A stretch of DNA of 64,000 bases, taken from positions 1-64,000 of IMG/VR virus record IMGVR_UViG_3300035208_005856. The stretch is one strand, 5' to 3'. The notes beneath the pieces were generated by a model that ran no database searches, was not told where the DNA came from, and was given only the letters and a program-made list of their open reading frames with translations. The translations under genes and the position numbers were made by a program. How positions within the stretch are numbered: the first letter of the stretch is position 1; each line of letters begins with the position of its first letter. Shown here piece by piece: positions 28,399 through 38,644 of the stretch. The stretch is from a virus. Lineage: Duplodnaviria > Caudoviricetes.

Positions 28399-30207
28399 TT
28401 AGCTTTTGCCATGGTCTTTATCTTTGCCTTTTATTAAATCCCTTAACTTATATTGTTTAGCTATGGCCTCGGCCTCATCGTCACTGACCGCCACGATGCC
28501 CTTGGCCTCGGCCAATGCCTTATGGTTTTTAATCCGTTCAAGCGCCCGTAAATTATCATCCAAAAAGGCTCTTGCTTTATCGGGTGTTAAATATTCTTTT
28601 ACCAAGTCGGTATTAAACTTAATGTTATAAAACTCTTGTTTTAAATCCGTGTTATCGGCATACTCGTACTCAACCAGGTCTATAACCGATTGAATACTAA
28701 CTCTAGTGACATTTGGGTCATGAATATGATAGTCAATAGCCTTTTTTAAATCAGCCCGGATCTGATCATAGAGAGGAGTGTTAAAAGTTATATCCTCTGC
28801 GTTTAAAATATACCATAGTCTGTCAGCTATCAGGTAGAGACTAAGTATATTACATTCGGCCTGTTTAGTTACCTTCAGGATATCAATACCCGTTTCTACT
28901 TTTGGGACAATAGCTAAATACCGGACCCCAAATTCAGTTTTAAGGGCCTGGATATCAACTTGCGTTTCGTCCGCAACCACTCTTATAAAGCTGTCTTTAA
29001 GAATAGCATTTTCTAATTTATTATATATAATTTTTAAATCCTTAATGCATTTTATTCTTTCACTATTGTTTTTAAGTGAATAACCGTCAGTTACCGACTT
29101 AATCTTATAATCCAATAGCGGTAATGCGGTGGTCATTAGCTCAAAGAATTTATCCTTGCCCTCTGTCCGCAGATACTCATCAAGATCCTTAACCTTATCG
29201 AGGGTTATAACCCTAACGTCAAGATAATCAGAGCCCTGCGCCAAATACGAAAGAACCAAGTCAAAAAAGTTTATAACTGCTTTCTTCCCGGCTTCGTCGT
29301 TATCAAAACACAGGTATATAACTTTTTCTCTGAATTTCCTGGCAATGAGTTTTACGTGGTCTATTGACACTGCCGTACCCAGTCCGGCAAGTACGTTATC
29401 TAGTCCGTACTTATGTCCAGTAATAACATCAAAATTACCTTCTGTTAGAATAACGTTTTCTGCGTTGCTGTTTATCTCGTAGATACCAAATAAGGTTTTT
29501 GACTTTTTGTAAACAGGCGTTTCGGGGCTGTTTATGTACTTTGCCTGATTCTGATCGGTACCCAAATATCTTCCGGTAAAAGCCAAGACATTCCCATATA
29601 TATTTTTTACAGGCGTCATTATCCGGGACCTGAATACATCATAATACGAGCCATCTTTGCGCTCTATACACAGACCAGCTTTATTGGCAATACTCAGGTC
29701 ATAACCCCTTTCTGTTAGGTAGTTAACTAACCCCTGCCATTCACCTTCTGCCATACCCAAATCAAATTTATCTATTTCGTCTTGATCCACTCCCCTAGAA
29801 GATAAATAATCAAGACCCAAGTCATTTAGTTGCAGGGTAGTTGCGTAATAGTTTACGGCCTCTGAATTAACAGCCAGTATTTTCTTTTCTAGCGCAAGAC
29901 TCCCATCGTCATCGCCTAGCTCAACACCGCATCTATTAGCCAAGTACTTTATAGCCTCTGGGAACGACCAGTTATTAACTTTTTGAAGAAAGGTAAATAC
30001 GTCGCCAGACACTCCACAACCAAAACACTTAAAAGCCTGTTTCTCTGGATATACCATAAAACTAGGCCTACTATCTTTATGCCATGGACACAATCCGGCA
30101 AGGTTATTTCCTGTCTTTTTTAATATCATGTACTCAGAGACGAGGTCAGCTATAACCACCCCATCTTTTATCTGAGTTAATACTTCTTTTTCCACTCTCG
30201 TAGTCAT
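28399..30207 (-). CDS. dnaG: DNA primase
   Basis: CHC2 Zn finger CPWH...CFGC, KYINSPET, TOPRIM EGNFD and FDNDEAG, KDLDE. Confidence 0.95.
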   Translation of the reverse strand: MTTRVEKEVLTQIKDGVVIADLVSEYMILKKTGNNLAGLCPWHKDSRPSFMVYPEKQAFKCFGCGVSGDVFTFLQKVNNWSFPEAIKYLANRCGVELGDDDGSLALEKKILAVNSEAVNYYATTLQLNDLGLDYLSSRGVDQDEIDKFDLGMAEGEWQGLVNYLTERGYDLSIANKAGLCIERKDGSYYDVFRSRIMTPVKNIYGNVLAFTGRYLGTDQNQAKYINSPETPVYKKSKTLFGIYEINSNAENVILTEGNFDVITGHKYGLDNVLAGLGTAVSIDHVKLIARKFREKVIYLCFDNDEAGKKAVINFFDLVLSYLAQGSDYLDVRVITLDKVKDLDEYLRTEGKDKFFELMTTALPLLDYKIKSVTDGYSLKNNSERIKCIKDLKIIYNKLENAILKDSFIRVVADETQVDIQALKTEFGVRYLAIVPKVETGIDILKVTKQAECNILSLYLIADRLWYILNAEDITFNTPLYDQIRADLKKAIDYHIHDPNVTRVSIQSVIDLVEYEYADNTDLKQEFYNIKFNTDLVKEYLTPDKARAFLDDNLRALERIKNHKALAEAKGIVAVSDDEAEAIAKQYKLRDLIKGKDKDHGKS

Positions 30208-30213
30208 TTACTT

Positions 30214-30242
30214 ATTATAGCCCTAAACTACTTTTTTTATAA
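30214..30242 (-). promoter_or_regulatory. Promoter for dnaG, probably leaderless transcript
   Basis: TTATAA-17 nt-TATAAT, then 6 nt, then ATG; no SD sequence. Confidence 0.5.
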
Positions 30243-30259
30243 CCTTTTATTAAGGAGTA

Positions 30260-33200
30260 TTAAGCTTGATTTTTCTTACGATTATAATCCTGCATAATAG
30301 CCTTGAAGATTTTAAATAAATCAGCATTGGTAAGATCTCCGCCATTAAAGTTGAGATCAAAATTAAAGTTTTTATTTACCATCCCTGCCATTTTATCAAA
30401 CCTTTTATTTTCTTCTTTTGTTAACACTCTTTCGCCTTCGTGTATATTTGCAATCATGTCTTCTGGGACATAACTTATACCAGAAGCAAAACTACCTCCT
30501 GTTTTTGGCGGTAAAAATGATCCATTTTCAGAAGGATTTACATCTTGACTTGGCTTTCTTTGCTTTGGCCTTACTTTTTTAGGGTTAGATGGGTCTGGTT
30601 CTAAGCTTCCATTTTCTATTCCGCCTTCTACTATAGAAGACAAGCTTCCTCCTGGCAAAGATCCTGATCTACTATATCCATTTTTTTTATAGAAATTATA
30701 ATCTTCGGCTATTTTTTCCCAATATCCTGACTTATCAGTTTTTCCTCCTCCATTGTCTTTTGTATCTTCTTCTGTAGTTTTTTCAGGAGCTGCTGAAGAA
30801 TTAGGATTAGCAACTCTATGTCCCGCCGTATCATGATACTGACCAGTTTGAGAATTGTACCATATACCATCTCCTACATATGTATCAGTAGGACTTCCGC
30901 CTCCACCGCCTCCATCTCCACTGCCTCCTCCTCCATCTCCTTCATCTCCGCTTTCCCCACTATCTTCTTCGCCTAAATAACCACCTTCTCTTCCTCCAGA
31001 TCCTCCTGATGAATAAGAACTACTGCTTAAAGATCCTGGTGTAGATTCAAGAACTGGCGAAACAGTAGCTGGGCTACTAGCAAAAGGTACTCCGCCAAAA
31101 GACTGAGCTGGTGCCCCTAAATTAGTAGCCGGAGACTCCGTAGAAGCCAAACCAGTAGAGCCATTTACTGCCGTTATGGTAGGCAACTTAGGAGCAACAA
31201 ACCCTTTTATATATGCGCTTACTTCTTCTGCCATGGCCTTTAGTGCAGCGGCTAGAGTTGTTAAATAGTTATTTGATTGTTTATGTAAATCATCTATATT
31301 CCTTGTGTATTCGTTTTTATACTTGGCTATCGAGTCATCTGCGTCCTTAGCCACCTCAGTTTCTTCTTTTGCTTGTTTCTGTGCCAGTTTCATTAACTGA
31401 CGTCTTCTGTCTTCTTCAGGTCTTATAGTAGCAACGTCTCTGTCTTTATTTATTATATCTAATGCCGCATCGTTATAAGTAGATCTTATACTATCTAAAC
31501 TCTTTTTAGTCTCGTCAATAACTTTTTGAATATCAATACCCAGCCCGGCTTCTAGCGAAACAAGTTCGCCTCTATTATTTTCATAACCCTTGGATATTTT
31601 ATCAGCTATTTCCTGAAGACTTTTATTTGTTTCGTCAATAAGATTTTGACTTCTGGCTTTTAATAGTTTTTGAATAAGTTTTTGGTCAACACCCTGCTCT
31701 AGTAGATCTTTGATATCAGATACCATAGAAAGACCGGTACTATATCCAGATCTAGCTTCTAACGTAGGCAGAGTAAGACCTTTTATTTCTAAATTAATTT
31801 GCCTAACAACAGCTTTGAGATTAGCTTCTATTTCTTTTCTCTTCTCGTCTATGGCCTTGACAAAATCATCAATTTGAGTTTTTAAGTCATCAAGGGATAT
31901 GCCATAGGCATCGGCCAATGCCTGAAGTCTTGAGAAATTATTTTTAAGACTGGTTAGGGACTTAACTATAGCATCTAGCCCGGCAATAGATCTTACTTCT
32001 GAGAGGGAGGCACTAAATTCTCCAAGAGTGGCAGTAAATGGCTTTATCATTTTTTCTTGAAAATCGTTTTGGGCGGTAGCTAATTTCATTTGAGCTATTT
32101 TCAGTTGTGTCTCATAGCTATAACCTCCCCCAGCCTCTTGTCCTGAAGCTACGTTTTGTTGTTGGTTATAGATCATTTGATTAACATTTTTAGTAGCTTG
32201 CGAGTTATCTAATAACGATGGATTCGATACATTGGCTACAGGATTCATTAGCCTATTAGTTATTTCCTGAGCCATTTTTGTCACTGGGTCCATGGCAGTA
32301 GCGATCCCTGCTGCAACCTGAAGACTATAATTTTGAACCATAGCCAGGGCACCGCCTCCGCCCATGTCACTTGAGGTAGTAAAGCTCTGGGTTCTGGATG
32401 TTTTGCTATATTCTTCTAATTTAGCCAAGTTCCGGGCCTGTACGGCCTCTACCTCATTGTTAAGTTTTTGCCTGATACTAAGTTCTTGTTGTCCTGCGTT
32501 TTCTATAATAGCATTTTGTTTTTGTTCGCCTTCTGCTGTTATTTGGCTCATTTTTTCTTGAGCCGATTCTTGGGCCGCAAGTATTCCTTCTAGTTGTAAT
32601 TGTTGTGCGTCAGTAAGATCTTCTCCATATTTATCATACATATCCATTTCAGCGGCATACGCTTTGTCATATAACTGTTGCTGATCTGCCAATTTGCTTT
32701 CGGTGTCGGCATTTACTTGATCTAATCCCATCTGGGTATTAACACCTAATTGTTCTTTTTCTATATCCAGATTAGATCCAAATGCTTCCGAAGAAGATAT
32801 CCGGCCCATGGCAACACCTTGTTGAATATCGGTTTGTGCCATGCCCAAGGCCGATAATTTCATTTCTGCCCCGTGTTGTTTTTCGGCTAACTGAAGTTGG
32901 CGTTCAAACTGTGAGTTGGCAAGTGCCAGACTATCTTGCATGTCGTCAACGGATTTAGCTGCTTTTTGGTAGTCGACAGCAGACTGTTCTATTGCCTTAT
33001 TGCAGGCATCAACTTTATTTTGATTTTCTTCATAGACCTTACTAAGCCGTTCTATTTCAGAGCTCAACTGCTTGGCCCTTGCCGAGCTCTTTGGAACTGT
33101 ATTAATTTCTTGTAGAGCACCAGTCAGTAAGCCACTTGCGGTTGTTGTATTCTTTTGATAGACTGACCTTTTAGCAGCCTGCTCTTCTCCTGAAAGCTGA

Positions 33201-36200
33201 GCTCCGGCCATAGACATGTACCCACTGGCTTCTGCTCCCAGTCCTTGACCTGATAATTCTAGGTCTTGTCTTTTACGTTCATATTTCGTAGCGACTTTTA
33301 TTTCTTGGGACTTGGTTTCAGTAGCAACGCCCTTGAGGAATGACCTAATATTTGAGAATACATCAATTCCCACACTAGTGGCCTCGTTAACTATCATGGC
33401 CAATTCTTGATCCTTGGCTATAATATCTTTATACCCTAAGACCGTAGAATTTAAATCATTTTGAAGTGAGGTTATATACTGATCTATACCCTTAGTATCT
33501 TGTCCTCCTCTTTTTAGACTTTGACTCAGGAGTTTATAGTCCTCTATTCTCTTGCTTTGATCTGTAACTACTTCTTTTAAGTCCTTAAATATTTCCTGTT
33601 CTGCCGCCGTAAGTTCTCTGCCGGAATCCAATGCCGCTTTGTCCATGGCCTTGAACGAATCGGTGGTAGCATCTATAGTCTGAGTTAAATACCCTTGGGC
33701 CTCATCTATTTTAGCCCTAAGTTTTTTTACTCTCTCGGAACTAGTTCCGGGAGTGTTCATTTCCTGTGTCCATGTATTTATATTATTTTTAGCACCTTGT
33801 ATATCTTCTGGGGTCTGGTATTTTAGTGCCTTTAGTTTATTACTCTGCTCTTGTAATTTGATAGTTTCTGCGAGGATGGATTCTTTGTCTGCTCCAGGTT
33901 GATAGAATTTTGTTTTTAGTTTTGTTACAGCCTCATTGTTTTGTGCTATAATTCCAGCCGGACCAATACCTGCGGCATAATTTTCGGCCTCTACCCTTGC
34001 CATGGCCCTTAGATTTTCTATTTTTTTCTTTTCCAGCGGCAGTCTATCTACGGCCAATTTTGTAACTTTTAATTCTTCATCAAGCGCCTTATTCTCTTGA
34101 GCCAAGGTATCTCTTTTAGCTGATAATACTTGTGTGCTTGTGTTATTAATGGCCGCTTGTTTGTCAGCAATTTCTTTTTCCAAATCAACTTTTTCTAGAG
34201 CAAAGGTATCTTGCTGTAATATGGCTGCTTTTAATTTATCAGCAATTTTTTTAGTGTAGTTAGATGCATTTTGGTATCCAGTTTGGGTATTAAGATTTAC
34301 ATTTTTTGGTTCTTCTATTCCCAATTTTTGCCCTAAATTCATTTTTTCAATAACAGGCAAGCCATAAGCTGACTTACCGGATTTAATTAGAGAAGATAAA
34401 CTTTCGTATGCGTTTTTAGTATCATCTGGAGACAATCCACCCGCTGTTGTTTTTAATTGGTTATTTACTGACTTTAATTTTTCCTGTGAGTCTTTAACTT
34501 GCTGAGTCCATAATCCCATACTAGACCCAGCATCTTCTATGGCCTCTTTCATTTTTTGTGCGGCTACCGTGGGTGTATATTGAGCAAAAACCTCTTCTAC
34601 TTGCTTAGTAAGGGACAATACCTCATCGCCCAAAAGAGTCCCATATCTACTTGTTATATAGCTAAGTTCTTGTTCTGCTTGACTAGATGTAAATTCGTAT
34701 TGTGCTTTAAGATTCTGATCCTTGGCTCCAAGTGCTGCCGATGCGTTGGTTTCTTTTACTTCCGTTAAGTCTTTTACTATTTGATCATAATCTTTTTTAT
34801 ATTTTGCCATATCCGTAACAGCTATTTCGGCCTTTGACTTTTTAAGAAGAGGTTCAAATTCGGCAACGGCCTTTGATTTAATAGCATTTACATCAGAAGA
34901 CGAAGCACTTGCAGTACTTGAATCTAAATTATTTTTAGCCTTGTCCATCTCCCGATTCCATGCTACAAAGGCTATTGTAAATCCAATAAGAGCCGTAGCT
35001 GCTAATGACAATACCGATGCTGTTCCTGTTAATAACAAGAGCCACTTGGATTGAGCAACTATTGTTGCCTCTGTAGCAACAACAGATTCGGCCCTAACCG
35101 CAGTTAACTTGGCTTCTTCTTGTTCCATTACCACCATGGCAGCTATTCCTAAGTCAATAATTTTTGTCAATCTTCCTAATATAATCTCTGCGTTACTTAT
35201 GACAATCATAATGTTTTTTACTATCATTATACCAGCTAGAGCCGGAATAAGTGCTTTAATGGCTACGGTAATTTTATCTATATTGTCCAGAAGCGGCCTA
35301 ATCCCTTTATCAATTAAAAAGGCAAAGAAATTTGCAGCGTCTTTAATTAGTCCAATTGTTTCTTTGAATTTACCGCTTTCAATTCCGTCACTTACGGACT
35401 TAAGCATGTCCAAAAATGATTTGTGAATACCTGAAAATAATTCAGGACTCATTTCTAGCCACTTAGTACTAAGTTTACGAATCATACCACTTACTGTTTT
35501 GCTTACAGCCTCTTCACCTGCTGCCTCAAAACCTTTTGTTCTGTTTAATACATCTTCAGTAAATGCCTCTGGACCTTTCCCCATTAACCCCTTTAGTTGT
35601 GCGCTACTAGTTATACCACTAGCCTGTACTATTTGAGCCCTGTTTAATGGCGATTGCCCCAAAAGGGCCCTTAATTCAGATTGTGCCTGAAAACCTGCCA
35701 TGGTGGGAAACATTTGTTCGGCGGCCTTGGTGTATCTTGCTATAATCTTAGTACTTTGCTCTTCGCTAAATCCTTTTGTTAGGAACAGGGGCATTAATGC
35801 CGTTGCTGTTTCTTGGAGGGTACTAAAATTAATATTCATTCTAACACTTATCGCCAATAACTCTTTCATGAATCCATGACTACGTTTAAGACTGTCATTA
35901 AACGACTCAACGTATATGTTATTAAACGCACCAGCCTGCGCTATTTCAAGGTTTTTTAATTTGTCTATAGTGTCTATGAAAATTGATTTAAAATTATGTA
36001 AAGCACTTCCGGCAATAAACCACCAGCCTATAGCCGATGCCATCATAGTATTTAATCTTGATAATTGACCATATAGGTTAGTAGATCTCAGAGTTGCTTC
36101 TTCAAAGGATCTGGACAATGCCGCATTTATACGTGTTAAGTTAACAGACGCAGGGTTTATTTGCATTAACTTAGACCGTATGCCCTCAAGCCCTTCTCTC

Positions 36201-38143
36201 ATCTTGGCGGCTTTTGGAATAGCATCAGTATAGTCAGGTCCTTGTACTCCTTGAACGTCTCTTATCTTTTTACTGGCTATTACCATTTGGTTATAGTCTC
36301 TAAGTTGAGCACTTGCTTGTTTGTCTAATTCAGAGGCATTAGATATAGGTTTTGCCGCCGATGCCCCAAGGGGTTTCATTAACATGGTTTCTGCCTTAGT
36401 AGCTTCTGCTGACCATGCATTTATTTGCTTTAATTCTGATATAACAACTTGCAACCTTTCGGATACGGCAGTTGCAGAGGCTTTTACTCCACTTAATGCT
36501 TGTGGGTTGTTAGCATACATATTTGCCTGTTTGTTCAATTCTGTGTAAAATCCAGACAAGGCCCTTATTTCTTCTTTTAGTCTTTTTGTAGGATCTATAC
36601 CCAAAGCTAATCGCTGGGTATCCGATATCATTCTATCAATACCAAGTGGATCACCCTTGACTCCCATTGAAGCCAAACTGGCTTTTAGCTCTTTTATCTT
36701 GGCTTCGGACTGTGACAGTTTTGCCATGTTCGCAACCCATTCCTGGGTATTCTTTGTTAAATTCCGGGTCTCTGAGACTAGTGCTAAATAATCCTCTTTC
36801 ATTGTACCCAGTAGGGCTTTGTTTTGCTTAAGTTTTTCGGTATCGTCGTAAGCAGTTAATTCCCGGCCCGATGCCATATTAGCTCTAGTCAATGCCTGAC
36901 CTGCTCTATCCGAAAGAATAGGACCTCCAGTAGCCTTAATTTTTTCAAGTTCTACTGCCAGTTCTTTTATTTTAGATTTTTGTGCATCTATTTTAGATAT
37001 ATCTACGCCAGCCGCACCTTTCTCGTATCCTGTATTAAGAGTATTAAGATATGATGTAGCGGCCGCAACCTCTTTTATTTTGGTTGTTAGCCTTTCGTTT
37101 GCGTTCTCTTCTCTCTTGGTCTCTGCCGTTAATTTTTCTAGCTTCAGAGTAAGCCCCTGTGCTACTTTTTCATAAGTAGTGGTTCCGTCCATAAGCGTTT
37201 TTTTTGCAAGATTAGTACTGAGAAGTGTATTGCGATATTTTTCAAATCTATTTTTCGTATCTTCTGTTATACGACCTTCGTCCTTTATCTCGTCTTTTGC
37301 GGTTTTGTAGGTAGCGGTGAGTAAATTAACTTCATTAGCTATACCCCTTAAGGTATTAGTCTGAACCTTAGCTGATGCATTTTGTTCTTTATTGGCCGCA
37401 GCCATTTGCCTAGCAGCTATAGCCGGATCTGATATATATTCACTAGCGGTAGTCGTTTTTGTCATAATAGACTTAGCGGCATTAGCTAAACCTCTATCAG
37501 GACCGGCATCGCCTTTCATTGTATTAAGCATTACAGCTTTAAGCTTATTTAAATCCGATATAGTACCTTGTATTTCTTTCCTTGTTGTCTCAAAAGCTCT
37601 TGATCCAGTTGGCTGAGTCTTTAGTAATGCCATGGTCTGAGATAAATTTTCTTTAAGTTTATTACTTTGTGTTATTAAATCTCTATTATCTCTGGCAACA
37701 TCATTCATTGCCTTACTTATAGTAGCGGCTGCACGAGAGAGTGTTTCGGAATAATGAGTAGCGTTTCCACCTTTCTCTTCAACGGACAACTCTTTTACTT
37801 TTTTTATAAGAGTCTTGACCCCAGTGGTTGTTAATTCTACCGCTTCATTAGCTGTTTTAAGATCCACCACCCATGACTTAGCCATCCTACTTCCAGAGGC
37901 CATCAAAGATTGTTTACTGACTAAAGCACTTTCAAGTCTGTTAGTCCATGATTTAAGTAGGTCGTTAGCTTTTTGTAGCTCTGATTTTGCTTCCTTGGTA
38001 TCTACTTCTAAGTGCAACTTAGTAGCTGATCCCAGCTTGGTATTTAGCTCAGCTAACTTGGCTTCTAATTGTTTTATTGTATCAAAGGCCTTACTGGCAT
38101 CAAAAAACAGTTCCTTCTTAAATTGATCAGTCACTTCCCGCAC
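30260..38143 (-). CDS. Tape measure protein (2627 aa)
   Basis: Very long Ala/Lys/Glu helical protein, central hydrophobic segments, C-terminal FASGISYVPEDMIANIHEGERVL typical of TMPs. Confidence 0.9.
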   Translation of the reverse strand: MREVTDQFKKELFFDASKAFDTIKQLEAKLAELNTKLGSATKLHLEVDTKEAKSELQKANDLLKSWTNRLESALVSKQSLMASGSRMAKSWVVDLKTANEAVELTTTGVKTLIKKVKELSVEEKGGNATHYSETLSRAAATISKAMNDVARDNRDLITQSNKLKENLSQTMALLKTQPTGSRAFETTRKEIQGTISDLNKLKAVMLNTMKGDAGPDRGLANAAKSIMTKTTTASEYISDPAIAARQMAAANKEQNASAKVQTNTLRGIANEVNLLTATYKTAKDEIKDEGRITEDTKNRFEKYRNTLLSTNLAKKTLMDGTTTYEKVAQGLTLKLEKLTAETKREENANERLTTKIKEVAAATSYLNTLNTGYEKGAAGVDISKIDAQKSKIKELAVELEKIKATGGPILSDRAGQALTRANMASGRELTAYDDTEKLKQNKALLGTMKEDYLALVSETRNLTKNTQEWVANMAKLSQSEAKIKELKASLASMGVKGDPLGIDRMISDTQRLALGIDPTKRLKEEIRALSGFYTELNKQANMYANNPQALSGVKASATAVSERLQVVISELKQINAWSAEATKAETMLMKPLGASAAKPISNASELDKQASAQLRDYNQMVIASKKIRDVQGVQGPDYTDAIPKAAKMREGLEGIRSKLMQINPASVNLTRINAALSRSFEEATLRSTNLYGQLSRLNTMMASAIGWWFIAGSALHNFKSIFIDTIDKLKNLEIAQAGAFNNIYVESFNDSLKRSHGFMKELLAISVRMNINFSTLQETATALMPLFLTKGFSEEQSTKIIARYTKAAEQMFPTMAGFQAQSELRALLGQSPLNRAQIVQASGITSSAQLKGLMGKGPEAFTEDVLNRTKGFEAAGEEAVSKTVSGMIRKLSTKWLEMSPELFSGIHKSFLDMLKSVSDGIESGKFKETIGLIKDAANFFAFLIDKGIRPLLDNIDKITVAIKALIPALAGIMIVKNIMIVISNAEIILGRLTKIIDLGIAAMVVMEQEEAKLTAVRAESVVATEATIVAQSKWLLLLTGTASVLSLAATALIGFTIAFVAWNREMDKAKNNLDSSTASASSSDVNAIKSKAVAEFEPLLKKSKAEIAVTDMAKYKKDYDQIVKDLTEVKETNASAALGAKDQNLKAQYEFTSSQAEQELSYITSRYGTLLGDEVLSLTKQVEEVFAQYTPTVAAQKMKEAIEDAGSSMGLWTQQVKDSQEKLKSVNNQLKTTAGGLSPDDTKNAYESLSSLIKSGKSAYGLPVIEKMNLGQKLGIEEPKNVNLNTQTGYQNASNYTKKIADKLKAAILQQDTFALEKVDLEKEIADKQAAINNTSTQVLSAKRDTLAQENKALDEELKVTKLAVDRLPLEKKKIENLRAMARVEAENYAAGIGPAGIIAQNNEAVTKLKTKFYQPGADKESILAETIKLQEQSNKLKALKYQTPEDIQGAKNNINTWTQEMNTPGTSSERVKKLRAKIDEAQGYLTQTIDATTDSFKAMDKAALDSGRELTAAEQEIFKDLKEVVTDQSKRIEDYKLLSQSLKRGGQDTKGIDQYITSLQNDLNSTVLGYKDIIAKDQELAMIVNEATSVGIDVFSNIRSFLKGVATETKSQEIKVATKYERKRQDLELSGQGLGAEASGYMSMAGAQLSGEEQAAKRSVYQKNTTTASGLLTGALQEINTVPKSSARAKQLSSEIERLSKVYEENQNKVDACNKAIEQSAVDYQKAAKSVDDMQDSLALANSQFERQLQLAEKQHGAEMKLSALGMAQTDIQQGVAMGRISSSEAFGSNLDIEKEQLGVNTQMGLDQVNADTESKLADQQQLYDKAYAAEMDMYDKYGEDLTDAQQLQLEGILAAQESAQEKMSQITAEGEQKQNAIIENAGQQELSIRQKLNNEVEAVQARNLAKLEEYSKTSRTQSFTTSSDMGGGGALAMVQNYSLQVAAGIATAMDPVTKMAQEITNRLMNPVANVSNPSLLDNSQATKNVNQMIYNQQQNVASGQEAGGGYSYETQLKIAQMKLATAQNDFQEKMIKPFTATLGEFSASLSEVRSIAGLDAIVKSLTSLKNNFSRLQALADAYGISLDDLKTQIDDFVKAIDEKRKEIEANLKAVVRQINLEIKGLTLPTLEARSGYSTGLSMVSDIKDLLEQGVDQKLIQKLLKARSQNLIDETNKSLQEIADKISKGYENNRGELVSLEAGLGIDIQKVIDETKKSLDSIRSTYNDAALDIINKDRDVATIRPEEDRRRQLMKLAQKQAKEETEVAKDADDSIAKYKNEYTRNIDDLHKQSNNYLTTLAAALKAMAEEVSAYIKGFVAPKLPTITAVNGSTGLASTESPATNLGAPAQSFGGVPFASSPATVSPVLESTPGSLSSSSYSSGGSGGREGGYLGEEDSGESGDEGDGGGGSGDGGGGGGSPTDTYVGDGIWYNSQTGQYHDTAGHRVANPNSSAAPEKTTEEDTKDNGGGKTDKSGYWEKIAEDYNFYKKNGYSRSGSLPGGSLSSIVEGGIENGSLEPDPSNPKKVRPKQRKPSQDVNPSENGSFLPPKTGGSFASGISYVPEDMIANIHEGERVLTKEENKRFDKMAGMVNKNFNFDLNFNGGDLTNADLFKIFKAIMQDYNRKKNQA

Positions 38144-38158
38144 TCCTTTAATTATATT

Positions 38159-38644
38159 CTATTTTCTTTTCCAACCGGCTTCTATAAACGCATTGTTTGT
38201 CAACTCTTCTAACATACTATTATAACATTTTTCAAGTATTGGTTCTAGTTCTTTGTCTAATTCTATATTTGCGGTACTCCACCATGCTCTTGTAGGGTCC
38301 CCATAGTCTCTGCCTGGGCCTGGATAGTCAGCATCTTGAGACCTATGAATTGTAGTACTATCTAGAGCTCTGCCTATTTCAAGAATATGGCTTAAAACAA
38401 TAGAGTTAATATACCTATCTTCTTCGTTAGCATACGGATTATTATCCACTTTCTCAGAATAATCAAGAATCTGATTAGTTACTCCCACTATAGTTGAATT
38501 ATCTTTTTTGTATGCGGCAATAGAATTTTGTAGCGCACGAGTATCAACAGGAACATAGCCTTTAAACATCTCTACAGCTATGTTCTGAGCCAGGTCCAAA
38601 AATGTTTTTTGCCACTTATTATAAATCTGCTGGGATGTTGTCAT
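38159..38644 (-). CDS. HK97 gp10-like tail/neck component
   Basis: YVPVDTRALQNSI motif (PVDTG.L..SI). Confidence 0.6.
   Translation of the reverse strand: MTTSQQIYNKWQKTFLDLAQNIAVEMFKGYVPVDTRALQNSIAAYKKDNSTIVGVTNQILDYSEKVDNNPYANEEDRYINSIVLSHILEIGRALDSTTIHRSQDADYPGPGRDYGDPTRAWWSTANIELDKELEPILEKCYNSMLEELTNNAFIEAGWKRK

Noticed and set aside
32364-38126. Short opposite-strand ORFs inside TMP (and similar ones inside helicase, sbcC, terL)
   Set aside because: Typical antisense shadow ORFs with Ser/Leu/Phe-rich composition and no motifs, unlike the same-strand nuclease ORF in the intein.
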